DNA of 64,000 bases, taken from Octopus vulgaris (taxonomy: Eukaryota). The position numbers were made by a program, and so were the translations under genes. The notes under the pieces are model-generated. The model ran no database searches, had not been told where the DNA came from, and worked only from the letters and a program-made list of their open reading frames with translations. Position 1 is the first letter of the stretch; each line of letters opens with the position of its first letter. The stretch covers positions 38,936,001 through 39,000,000 of the forward strand of contig OX597819.1 in the NCBI GenBank assembly GCA_951406725.2. The letters are read 5' to 3'. Shown here piece after piece: positions 25,401 to 38,575 of the stretch.

Positions 25401-28400
25401 TATCATGTACATGTTTTGTCTTGGAGTAAAAGATGTGCTACAAGCAAATATTCTGCTCAATACCACAGATTTGCTGGTCAGTTTCTTGACCATAAGCAGT
25501 TGAGCATGTCCTTTAGTAGCTGACAATATATGCATCTCTGATCATGAACAGAAATAGTTGGGAAGCATCATATCCATGTGTAGAGGGGATTTCTTTGGAG
25601 TTTGAATAATTTACCTCTGCAAATATGAGTGTTTCATTCAACATCCCTAAACAAACATTATTCAGGGACCTTTTAAGTGGGATGTGCTACTTGACCTGAA
25701 GAAAATTCTAACTGGGCTCAAGCTGCAAGGTCATGCATTGTTTATCTTGATATGGCATCACTATGTTGTGCACATATGGTTGTGATGCATATACCTGGTG
25801 TACCCTTATTCGACAGGTAGTCATAATGGATATATTAGGCTTTGATGTCACTTTGATGGTATTTGCTGCTATCATTATCATCATCATCACCATCATCATT
25901 TAACGTCCGCTTTCCATGCCAGCATGGGTTGGATGATTTGACTGAAGATTGGCAAACCAGATGGCTACGCCAGGCTCCAATCTGATCTGGCAGAGTTTCT
26001 ACAACTGGATGCCCTTCCTAACACCAACCACTCTGAGAGTGTAGTAGGTGCTTTTACTTCCCACCGGCATGAGGCCCAGTCTGGTGGTACTGGCAACAGC
26101 CATGTTCAAAATGGTGTTTTTTATGTGCCACTTGCACAGGAGACAGTCCAGCAGCACTGGCAACGACCTCGCTCGATTGTTCTCACTCAATAATAATAAT
26201 GATAATGATGAAATCTGCTATTAAATATTGAAGAGGAAAGAGAAGGGGGAAGCTTAAAGATGAGAGCAGGTAGGAAATGACAGAAAGGGAAAGAAAAAGA
26301 CATAAAAGGGCAACATAGTTGAAGAAGAGAGGAAGAGAGTAACATGGAATTTTGGTAAGGTGAGTTGGTAGATGATTACAGTAATGATAAAAAAAGAATG
26401 ATGATGATGCAGGTGGTGAGTGGGGCAGAGGAGATGAGGTGGAATGGTGATTAAGAAAAAAATAAACAGAAAGTCAAGAAGAAATGTAGATAAAAGTGAA
26501 AATTGAAGATGAAAGGGAATAGGAAAACAAACAAAATTAAAGGTGAAAAGAAAACATCAATAAAAACAGTATAAAAATAAAAAAAAGAAACAATAAACTT
26601 TTTAAAAAATTTTTATTGAATAAAAATAAAAAAAGGAAAAGTATGAAATGCCAGGAGAAATGATGGCAAAGAAATTGAAAAAAGAAAAAAAAATTGCAAA
26701 AGTTAATGGAATTGCCCAAGAGAAGAGTTGTTAAGATGACAACCTTTTGTGGCAAATGTCATGTTTAAAATCAATTTTTTCTATTTAGCATTCTTTTTTT
26801 ATCCTTTTATTTGTTTCAGTCATTTGACTGCAGCCATGCTGGAGCACTGCCTTTAGCCAAGCAAATCTACCCCAGGACTTATTCTTTGTAAGCCTAGTAC
26901 TTATTCTATCGGTCTCTTTTGCCGAACCGCTAAGTTACGGGGACGTAAACACACTAGCATCGGTTGTCAAGCGATGTTGGGTAAACAAACACAGACACGC
27001 AAACATATACATATATTTATATATATATATACGATGGGCTTCTTTCAGTTTCCATCTACCAAATCCACTCACAATGCTTTGGTCGGCCTGAGGCTATAGT
27101 AGAAGATACTTGCCTATGGTGCCATGCAGTGGGACTGAACCCAGAACCATGTGGTTGGTAAGCAAGCTACTTACCACACAGCCACTCCTATATACCTATA
27201 ATAAATTTTACAAATATTTTTTTATATTTATTTTACTTGTTTATTATTTTTGTGGTTTTGTTAGGTTGGCTTGTGGAGGAATCAAGTCAGTAGCTTGTGG
27301 AATTGGTCAGGAATGCTTGCTGACAATATGCTGGAGACTAATAAGAAGAAATGAATGAGATGGGAAAGGGATAGAAGTGAAATAAAGGAAGGGAGGAGGA
27401 ATAATGAAATAGAATGAAGGTGGGGGAGAAATTCAATGAAAGGGCCCTTTATATTCATTTCTGATAATTGTTTTTAATTTAAGGTTTGAGGCAAGAATTT
27501 TTTAGAGGAGCAGGTTAATCGATTATTACATCAACATCCAGTATTGGAGGGTTACCATATTCTATTGAACCAGAGATAAAAAAAGGAAATTTTTTTACCC
27601 TGGCAAGATTTGAAATTAAACCATAAAGAACTGGAAGAAATAGCACAAGGTTTTTTGGGTTTTTTTTTTTTTCAACACTCTAATGAATCTGCCATTCCCA
27701 GTAACAAGGAGATTGAGGAAGTGATAAATAGTGAGAGAAGGAGGCAAGAAAGATCCGCAAGTATCTTGTAATATTTTAACTGTGACAAGATGAGTTTTTC
27801 CCAAAAACAAGTCCAAAGTTCTGTTTATCAAAAAAAAAAAAAAATTCAAATCCACTTTCATCAAAGGCAGCAAATTAACAGAATCATTAGAACATTAGAC
27901 AAAATGTCTCATAGTACTTATTCTGGTTCTCTGCATTCAGCGCTCAAATACTACTGAAGTCAACTTTGCTTTCATCTTTCCAGGGTTGATAAAATAATAC
28001 TGAAGTCTAGGGAAGCAAACTGGCAGAATTATTAGAGCACTGGACAGGATGCTTTCCAGTATTTGTTCCAACTTTAAATGTTCTGTGTTCAAATCCTGCT
28101 GTGGCTTACTTGGATGGTAGACCTAATCTGTCAACCAGTTTAACACCACCATCCACTAGTGTAGCTGGGGTGGGAAAGAGGCAGCACTTTTATGAGGGCA
28201 TTACCCTTTTTGGGTCTACTGTAGGCAATATGTATTTGTTGTGGGGTCCCAAGGCCAGCATACTGAAAGGCAGCACACACTCTAGCCTCTAGCTACATTA
28301 GAGCCAACAACTAGCCCTTAGATGCCTTTAGCTAAGGTGACCACTCTGTTGCAATCATTTGAGCTGATACCTACCTCACACCCTTTCACTAGTCTAGTAG

Positions 28401-28900
28401 TCTCTGCAAAAGGTCATGGACATGGCCTTTCCACTTGGCCAATCAATGAAAGAAAAAAACAATATTATTTATGACAAAATAAAAATTGTTTTAAAAGATT
28501 TTCTTTCTCTTTTTTTCTTTTCATCCAAAAATAGAGACAAGAGCAGCAATTCGTTACTCCTCCACCCCACCCCAACACAAAATACCTGGGTATATTCACA
28601 TAATCTGTTGAAGAGAACATAACTAGTCCTTTGTTCTTTAAGAGCATGACCAATAATACTATGACACACATCTGAACATAAGTGGAATAAAGGTCAGTTG
28701 AATAGAGATTAGTGTACAGCTGATAATTCTATTGAACCAGGAAGGGTTAATAAACTAAAGGTAATAAAATGTAGATAGAGTAAATACTTTACAGTAGTCT
28801 TGTGTATCAATTATCCCTCAGCTTGTTAATTGATGTATAAAACTGAAGTAAGGCATTTAGGTCAACACTATACTACTAATTCGTCCTCTTTATTGCTGCC

Positions 28901-29115
28901 CTTAACCTTTAATGCTCAGATTACTCTGTCAGATGCAAAGCTTATTTGTTCACATTGTTTTCAATTAACCATGCAGTATCACATAACTTCAAAATTTCAA
29001 TGATTTGACTGTTTATTTTTAGAATGAGATTGTAGGGTAGGTGTGACAAGCTGGATCTGGCCAGTTTGAACATAAAACAGTTAAAATATATGGGCTAGAT
29101 ATGCTAAAGGGCTAA
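28901..29115. mobile_element. Old TTAA-type MITE (second family)
   Basis: TTAACCTTTAATG ... GCTAAAGGGCTAA, degenerate inverted ends. Confidence 0.5.
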
Positions 29116-31092
29116 AGTGTCATTTTTCACTTCAAAGATAAGATCTTGGACCTCTACAACCAATTCTGCCTTAGAAAGTATTAAAATTAAATGTAATCAA
29201 GGCAGTGAGTTGGTAGAATTGTTAGCATGCCAAGCAAATTGTTTAATGGCATTTTGTCCATTTTTACCTTGTGAGTTCAGATTCTGCAGAGGTCATCTTT
29301 ACCTTTCATTCTTTAGAGGTTGATAAAATAAGTAGCAGTTGAGCACTGGATTGATGTAACTGACTTACCCACTCCCCCGAAATTGCTGGCCCTGAGCCAA
29401 AATTTGAAACGAATATTAATCATAAATATTTCTGTGCTGGTAGCATGTAAAAAGCACCATCTGAACGTGGCCTATGCCAGCGCCACCTTGACTCTCTTCT
29501 GTACCGGTGGCACGTAAAAAGCACCAATCCGATTGTAACCATTGCCAGCCTCACCTGGCATGTAAAAAGCACCCACTACACTCACAGAGTGGTTGGCATT
29601 ATGAAGGGCATCCAGCTGTAGAAACACTGCTAGATCAGATTGGAGCCTGGTGCAGCCTTCTGGCTTCTCAGATCCCGGTCGAACTGTCCAACCCATGCTA
29701 GCATGGAGAACGGACGTTAAACGATGATGATGATGATGATAATGATTAATCATTTTTGATTAAATTTCAGGTAATTGTCACCTGTTTTTCTCTAAACAAG
29801 CTAGATGCTTACTCCCTTCCACCTATGTCAAAGTCCATCTAATATAACCACCTATCTAAATACTTTCTCAATCTTTCCTGCCATAGCCTCTCTGTCTGCA
29901 GGCAAACATTGTTGGAAACAGAATTAGGTTGACTGACAGATCTTGAGATGAAGCACCAATTGTATCAATTTCATTAACCTGGGATAACCTACAGATCTCA
30001 AGGACATTGTTCCACCTTAGTCTGGTTATTTACTGATAAAAAAAAAAACCTCAAGTGCTCTCACTATACAACATTACGTACTGAGTCTACATAGTTATAA
30101 ATTAGACAGACACAAAAATTACTTCAAACAGCAATGACCATAAAGATAAGAGATTGACCATATTGCCATGAATTTAAATATTGTGCCTCTAAGCAATACA
30201 AGAACACCTAAACTTAATGATTCAATTGGTTTTAAATGCCCAGTTATTAAGTGAGAGGTGAATTCATATTGAGATAAGGTTATAAAAAGCATTTATATTC
30301 TCAGTTGTTATTACATGGTTATTCTGAAATTACCAAATACGGTTAATTTTTTAATTTTTCAGATATTTTACTATGAAGTGCGATTAGGTCATTTAATTAA
30401 AATTTTAAAAAGAAATACTAACTATAAAAAGAAAAACTAGCAAGAAAATGCGACATTATTTTTTAAATTAACAAGATTTATAGCTATTTATATACCATTA
30501 TTTTTAACTATGTTGTGTTAAAATACTGTAGGTCTAGATAGAAATTAGCTAAATTAGTAACTCTGATTATGAGAGTGAATTAATTCAGAATTAATTCAAA
30601 AGATTTAAGATGAAAGAGTAGCAATGAGAATGTAAGTACAGTATGCGTGCACAACGTGAACATAAAAACTAACAGCATGACTGAATGAATGAATGAACAC
30701 ACATTCATGTGCACATTATCAAAGTGCATTATGGGAACTAAACTTTTAAAGTAACCATTATAGATGTTAGCATTTCTTTGTACAATTAACTACCATGATT
30801 TTATTTTTATAAGTTTTTAAAAAAATATTATCAAAGTAGTGATTGTGTGATCATTAAGTGGGAGATCACTAGGTGATATACAGTTACATATATATATATA
30901 TATATATATATAAATTTAATTAGAGGGTATGTTCACCTCGTGAAGGGATGGTTGTATCCAATTTATCAATAATTTGTGGCATCCATTTTGTTGTTAATAA
31001 TAAACAATTATTAACTTCCTAGTCTCCATTTTCTTTTCTTCTTTTAAATGTCATTATCATCATATATATATATAGACAGATAGATAGATAAC

Positions 31093-31443
31093 TTTCAAAT
31101 TAAAGATGAGAAACCAGATAACTTCTGCAATTCAAAAGCATTATAATATAAACCGAGCCAAAAAAAGTATTATAATATATTTAATGCATCTCTTATTAAA
31201 ATTTGAAACAATACTAAAAATTTCAAAATTACAGATACACCAAATATATTAATAAAAATATAAAAGACATATATGTCTATATGTTAGGTATATCTGTAAT
31301 TTTGAAATTTTTAGTATTGTTTCAATATTGAACTTTTTAAAGAGAGATGTATTAAATATATTATAATACTCCTTTTTGCTCGGTTTATATTGAAATGCTT
31401 TCGAATTGTTCAACCTATCTAATTTCCCATCTTTAATTTGAAA
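31093..31443. repeat. Foldback palindrome, arms of ~155-165 bp, between microsatellites
   Basis: GAAACAATACTAAAAATTTCAAAATTACAGATA / TATCTGTAATTTTGAAATTTTTAGTATTGTTTC; the spacer holds AGACATATATGTCT. Confidence 0.9.
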
Positions 31444-34400
31444 AATATATATATACCTAATGTCGCAGGTTCAATACTTGAGGACTTCACAACACTGTTT
31501 GTAATAATAAAAATATATCTCTTTTGCTCTTTTACTTGTTTCAGTCATTTGACTGCAGCCATGCTGGAGCATCACATTTAGTTGAACACATCGATCCCAG
31601 GATTTATTCTTTGTAAGCCTAGTACTTATTCTATCGGTCCCTTTTGCCAGACAGCTAAGTTACAGGGATGTAAACACACCAGCATCGGTTGTCAAGCAAT
31701 GTTGAGGGGACAAACACAGACACACAAACACACACACACATATATACATATACATATATCTGACGGGTTTCTTTCAGTTTCCGTCTACCAAATCTATTCA
31801 CAAGGCTTTGGTTGGCCCAAGGTTATAGTAGAAGACACTTGCCCAAGGTGCCACACAGTGGGACTGAACCTGGAACCATGTGGCTGGTAAGCAAGCTACT
31901 TACCACACAGCCACACATATTTGTGCGTGCGTATATATATATATGGTATTATTCTGTTTTCCCCAGTTAATCTACTTCATAGTTGGAGTTATTAATTAAC
32001 AGAATAGTGTGAAACTACCAGCTTTAGTAACATACAATTATCCATATTTAAAAAACTCATCCTAGTCCCGTGTCCATGGAAATAAGAGATGTTTTAGCAT
32101 TCACCTGTAAAGAATGCACCATATATACATACTTAGAGAGTCATGTACCAAGATTGAAAATGGTAACTGTTCCCACATCTGCAGATATTTACTAGAATCG
32201 ATACATATTCCAGACAGGTGCACAAGAAAAACAACTGATTGGATCAGTTGATTGCTTATTGATCTGCGTTACTAGTCTGATGACATCATTAAATACGCTG
32301 CATATCATTAATTATTTCAATAATGTGACACTCACAAATGAAATTTTGAATTATTTAAAATAAACTACTGTTAGTATTCCATTTAATGGAAATTACCAAC
32401 AAAAAAAAAAGGGTCAAAATGAAGGCATGGCTATTTATTTTAAAAATGTGAGAAAGGAGAGTTTTGCAAGAAGGGGAAAATTGTAAAGTGAGAAAGAAAG
32501 TAATGAATCAGGTATGGCTGCTGTGTGGTTAATAAATCTACTTTGCAATTATGTGGTTCCAGGTTGAATAACTCTTCATGTCACTTTAGGCAAGTGTTTT
32601 TCACCATTATCTGGAATTAAACCAAATGTTGTGAATGAGATTGAGTAGATGGTAACTATGTAAATGTCCTTATCTATTAGTAAGAGACAAGCTCAATTTT
32701 TTCCTTTGTTTAACACCACTATACTCTTAGGTACCTAAGCAGAAACTACTTTGCTGTAAGATCTTTGGTCTAAGCATAATCCATGGGTTATAGTTTCTTC
32801 ATCTCTTTCATCCACCTATCATGGATGTGGAAGCATGTGGCTTAGAGGTTAGGGTTTTGGACTCATGATCATAAGGTTGTGTTTTCGATTCCATAATGGG
32901 TGAGGCATTGTGTTCTTGAGCAAAACACTTCATTTCATGAAACTCCAGTCTGCTCAGCTGGCAAAAATGAGCAATTCTGCAGTGGACTGGCAGACTGTCC
33001 AGGTGGGGAAAAAATATGCCATGAAACTGGAAAACCAGCCCCTATGAGTCAGTATGACTTTAGAAGGTAACATTTTACCTACCAGTCATGGAGGCCTTGT
33101 AAAATAGCAATGCCTTCTTGCTCTGTTAGGGTCTCCATTGGTCAACATTGATCAAGGATCTGCACATGTATGCACAGGCCAGAGCAAGAATATTTTTTTA
33201 CCTTTTGAGTAAAACTGGCAGTTGCTCATATATGCAAATCTCCTCACCAAGGAAAGGCCACCACCTTGATCCAAAACAACTTGGCACCAACCTCCACCAC
33301 CACCTAATTTTCCCATAATTGGCCCATTATGAACTATTGATTATGCTGAAACAAACTAATGACTGTGATGCAGTGAAATTGTCATCAACCTGCACTAAAC
33401 CCTATTTGAGTATGACTATTTAATTATGATAATGTTCCTCTATGCTTGCAATAAAATTAAAAGTATTAATTTAAGGTTTTTCATGGTATTATGGCAAATG
33501 TCACATCACTGAAAGCTAGACCTTTGGAATCCCTTGTGTTGCATTCTTGGAGAATAAATCATCTTCATCAAACATGTCTCAGATCATTGATTGATGGGTA
33601 GAAAATCAATGAGAGAGAAAAAGAGAGTAATAAAAAGCTGTAGAAATGATGAATGATGAGATACAAGAAGAAAGAGAGCGAGTGTGAGAGAGATAGAGTG
33701 ATGGGAAGGCAAAGCAAAAATCACTAGGTGTACAGGAATCTTAAAATCTTTTATCTGTGGTAGCATCTGAGTTTTTCCAAAAATATTGTCCCTAGTTCTG
33801 TTTTTAAAAGATACTTAAAATCACACTCGACCAGTACAGAGCCCATATAATATTGGTTAAACATATTGTTTTGAAAGTTTAAATTTTCTTTTGCTACCCA
33901 GAAGTACCGAATATTGGTTTCAAATTTTGGCACAATGCCAGCAATTTCTGGAAAGGAGGCTGGTCAATTACATCAATCCAAGTTCTCAACTGGTATGTAT
34001 TGTATTGACCCTGAAAGGATGAAAGGAAAAGCTGACCTCGGCAGAATCTGAACTCAGAATGTAAAGATAGATAAAATGCCACTAAGCAGGCGTATCAATG
34101 ATTCTGCCAGTTCACCACCTTAGAAAAGCCTAATATTGATTTCAAATTTTGGCACAAGACCAGCAAGCTGAGGGGAGGAGTAAGTCAATTACATCGACCC
34201 CAGCACTAAACTGGTACTTATTTTATCAACCCCCAAAAGGATGAAAGGCAAAGCTGACCTCAGTGGCATTTGAACTCAGAAGATAAAGACAGACAAAATT
34301 CCACTAAGCATTTTGCCTGGCATGCTAACAATTCTACTGGTTCGTTGCCTTAGAAATACCTAATATTAACTATAAGAAATTGGTGTGCTATCCATTGGGA

Positions 34401-34839
34401 TAACTACCTCTCATTTAAACAAGACTAGTGAAACTGGATTTTCCATAAATGTAATTAAACCTCATAAGATAAAAAAAAAAATTATTGTTCTCTCAGAATA
34501 TGAATAATACATTGACAGTGAGACGTATTAAGTGCCTCAACCAATCTACAATTAATCTACATTTAAAATAAAACAAGTAGTTTTATTCATAGAAAATATT
34601 GGATCAAAGGCAGTTTTTGCAACCATGTCCTGTATGAAAAGCTACATTAGTCTGAACTACAGTTTAACTCTTGTTTCTGTACAGATGAGAGATAAACCAT
34701 TTGCTATATTGAAGCATGGAACAGTACAGTATCTTTCCTATGTATAGAACTTAAATCAACAGCATAATTCAGCAAATCCTTTATTAATATTGCAGTACCC
34801 CTATGAATGATACTCTGTCTTTTAGCAATTAATTACCCT

Positions 34840-35130
34840 ACAACCATAGTTTACAATGGCGAAAGGCCCTCTTAATTATCACACTGCAATACAACAACAA
34901 TACAACAAACAAGCTTACAATACTGAATGATACCTTAATTATTTTTTTGCAATACAGATACAGCTTACAATGGCAATTGATACCTCATTAATTAGTCCAT
35001 AACAATACCACCACAGCTCACAATACTGAATGATAACCTATTAATCAACCCTTTAGAATACTACCACTGTGTACAATATTAATTGATACTCTATCATTGC
35101 AGTATCACCTACATACAATGGTAAAAGATA
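34840..35130. repeat. Ancient ~52-bp tandem array
   Basis: Recurrent GCTTACAATACTGAATGATACC...TTAATT...CAATAC motif. Confidence 0.6.
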
Positions 35131-36052
35131 TTCTTTTTGGTTGGCCCATTTGTGTTCTTGTATAAAAGGTAGCCACATATTTGATTCCTTATATAGGTGA
35201 AAGGCCACAAGTTTGGGGAAAGGAAACATTCTATAATATTAACCCCAGTTTTTGACTGGTACTTGGCTGATTATCTAATGAAATATCATTAACAGTGACT
35301 GCAAAGTTCTAGTGCAAATTCTATGGTAATTAAGCAATGAAATATAAACATCAAATTTAAGGGAAACCAGAGATGATTATCATAAAAAAGGGGCAGTTTA
35401 GAAAGTAGCAAAAAGTGAGTCTGTAGATCTTATTTTTAACTCCAGGTCCGCCCACATTGAGCAAACATACAATTGCAACCATTTTGGCTATGATCACCCT
35501 GTCATTTCAGACATAGCTTATCTGAGAGACTCTATTATCAAAGACATCATTCTTTGTTTTTAAACATGATAGATGTAATTTTAGACAGATTTTATTATTA
35601 CTTCTTGCAAGTTCTTCTTATGTGCTGTGAGATGAAAGGGTATGTAAGACTTCAGACAAACATACTTCATCTTTATCTAATGAAGATCTCTGTCTGAAAT
35701 ATCAAACATTAATTGCAGGTGTGGTTGTGTGATTCAAAACTTGCTTCCTAACTATGTGGTCTTGGATTCAGTCCCACAGCACAACACCTAAGACAAGTAT
35801 CTTTTACTATAGCCCCAAGCTGACCAAAGCCTTGTGAGTGGATTTGATGGATGGAACTGAAAGAAATCGATTGTGTGTGTGTGTGTATCAATGAGGAAGA
35901 TGTCTGCATTTGTGTTTGTACCCTACCACTGCTTGACAACTGGTGTTTGTTTTATTTACATCATTGTAACTCAGGGGTTCAGCAACAGATATTCTAGAAT
36001 AAGAACCAGACTTTAAAATAAGTACTGGAGTTGTTTTGTTTAAGCAAACCCT

Positions 36053-36343
36053 TTAACCTTTTCGTTACCAACCCGGCTGTAACCGGCTCTGGCTCTGAGT
36101 ACAAATGTCTTGTTTTCACAAGTTTTTAATTAAAATCTTCCACCAAACACTTAGTCACAATTTATGTTCCTAACACTAGCTTCTTAACTTCTTAACTATG
36201 TTCCTAACACTAGCTTCTTAACTACACAGTGTTCCTAACAGAAGCTTCTTAACTAAGTTATTTTACTAAATTCCTTGTTATATTTAAAGTAATTGAAAGA
36301 AACACAGAGCATCTCAAAATAAATACAGTAACGAAAGGGTTAA
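36053..36343 (+). mobile_element. piggyBac-like TTAA MITE nested in a family A SINE, with internal microduplications
   Basis: TTAA|CCTTTTCGTTAC ... GTAACGAAAGGG|TTAA; TGTTCCTAACA...GCTTCTTAACT occurs three times. Confidence 0.9.
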
Positions 36344-38257
36344 AGCAATGCTCCATTATGGCTGCAATCCCCTTCCCCAAATACTGAAACAAGTAAAAGA
36401 TAAATGAAGAAAGATTTTTCTAATAAAGATCTCTGTTAGAAATAAAAAATATTTCTCTAATGAAGGGCTTTATCAGATATATCAGATATTTCTTATCTTC
36501 GTTGCACATTAACTAACATAAGTCACACATTACCTTTTTAGGAAAAAAACAAAAAGAAAATTTTAAATAATAGGCGTAGGAGTGGCTGTGTGATCAGTAG
36601 CTTGCTTACCGACCACATGGTCCCGTGTTCAGTCATGGCACCTTCGGCAAGTGTCTTCTACTATAGCCTCGGGGCCAACCAAAGCCTTGTGAGTGGATTT
36701 GGTAGACGGAAAGTGAAAGAAGCCCGTCGTATATATGTATATATGTATGTGTGTGTATGTGTTTGTGTGTCTGTGTTTGTCCTCCCAACATTGCTTGACA
36801 ACTGATGCTGGTGTGTTTACATCCCCATAACTTAGCAGTTTGGCATAAGAGACCGATAGAATAAGTACTAGGCTTACAAAGAATAAGTCCTGGGGTTGAT
36901 TTGCTCGACTAAAGGTGGTGCTCCAGCATGGCCACAGTCACATGATTGAAACAAGTAAAAGAATATATCAGAAAGAAGTAGAAGTATTCAGTAGTATCAG
37001 TACATCAGAACCATAAACATATATTGATTTCTAATTTTGGCACAAAGCCAGCAGTTTCTGAAGAGGGGGACAAGTTGATCACGTCAACCCTAGTCCTCAA
37101 CTGGTACTTTATTTTAACAACCTCGTTGTTTTGTTGTTTTGTTTAAGCAAACCCTTTAACCTTTTAACAACCTCGACAGGATGAAAGTAAAGTTGACTTT
37201 GGTGGAATTTGAACTCAAACCATTAAGACGGATGGAAAGCTGCTAAGCATTTTGCCCAGCATACTAATGATTCTGCCAGCTCCTCGCTTTTATACCACAG
37301 ATATATATTAAAAGAGAATAGAAGTCTTTTAGAGATGTCATAACAATTGTTCACAGGCTTGGTTGTGTAGTTAAAAAGCTTGATTTGCAGCCATGTGGAT
37401 TTGGGTTCAGTCACACTACATGGCACCTTGGGCAAGATACTTCTAGTGTAGCTATAGGCTGACTAATGTCATAACAGTGAATTTGGTAGGCAGAAACTAG
37501 AGATGGCAGAAACGTTAGCACGCCAGGCAAAATGCTTACTGGTATTTCGTCTGCTGCTACGTTCTGAGTTCAAATTCCACCGAGGTCGACTTTGCCTTTC
37601 ATCCTTTCGAGGTCGATTAAATAAGTACCAGTTACATACTGGTGTCGATATAATCGACTTAATCTGTTTTCTGTCGTCCCCTCTGTGTGTAGCCCCTTGT
37701 GGGCAGTAAAGAAACAAGAAACTGAGTAAAAGCCTGTCATGTGTGTGTGTGTGTGTGCGCGCGCACATGTATGCATGCAAGTGTGTGTATGTGTGCATAT
37801 GTGTATGTCATTGTATTTGTCCCCACACTACCACTTAACAAGCAGTGTTTGTTTGTTTATGTCCCCTTCATTTACCAACTCATTAAAAGAGACTGATAAA
37901 ATAAGTGTCAGGCTTTAAAACAAAAGCAAAAAACAAGTGCTAGGGTCAATTTGCTTGGTTAAGCCCTTCAAGGCAGTACCCTAGGATGGTCACAGTCCTA
38001 TGACTGGAACCAGTAAAAGATAATAGAAACAATAAGAAAGTTGAGAGTTTCAATGTTATCATAACAGAGAACAAATATATCAGGAGGAAATAGAAGTCTT
38101 TGATGATGATATAGCAACTTAAGACAATCATATCAGAAGGGAAGAGGAGTCTGTAATGATGTCTCTTCATGATGTTATAACAATGAAACCTTCTTCTGAT
38201 ATACATCATAAGAAAGTAGAGATATTTAATAATGTCATAACAACAGAATATATATAC

Positions 38258-38575
38258 ATCAGAAAATAGCACAGCTACCATAACTTTAGGAAACATTTTT
38301 TCATGCTGAGAGTTGCTGAAGCATGGAACAAACTGCCGGCATCAGTTGTTAGTTGTCAGAGCACTGCATCCTTCAAAACTTCCATGCTTCCTGAGATTTG
38401 CCAACACTACACCTGATTTTCTCCTCTCCATACACACACAAGCATGTATCTGACTCATACATTGTTCACTTTCCAGACATTTGTACATTACTGCATATAC
38501 TTTATACGCACTTTCTGACAAGTTGTGGTGCACCTGAGCACTGTATACAATAATTTCATTATTATTATTTATTAT
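38258..38575 (+). mobile_element. CR1-clade LINE 3' end
   Basis: FRKHFFMLRVAEAWNKLPASVVSCQSTASFK (FF..RV...WN.LP..VV motif), then a 3' UTR and (ATT)n tail. Confidence 0.88.

Noticed and set aside
32030-32125. Possible minus-strand micro-exon (TTCTTTACAG|GTGAAT...AATT|GTATGT)
   Set aside because: Splice-like signals only; the phase-0 frame contains a stop and nothing links it to a gene. The acceptor-like site at ~34684 (+) was rejected for the same reason.
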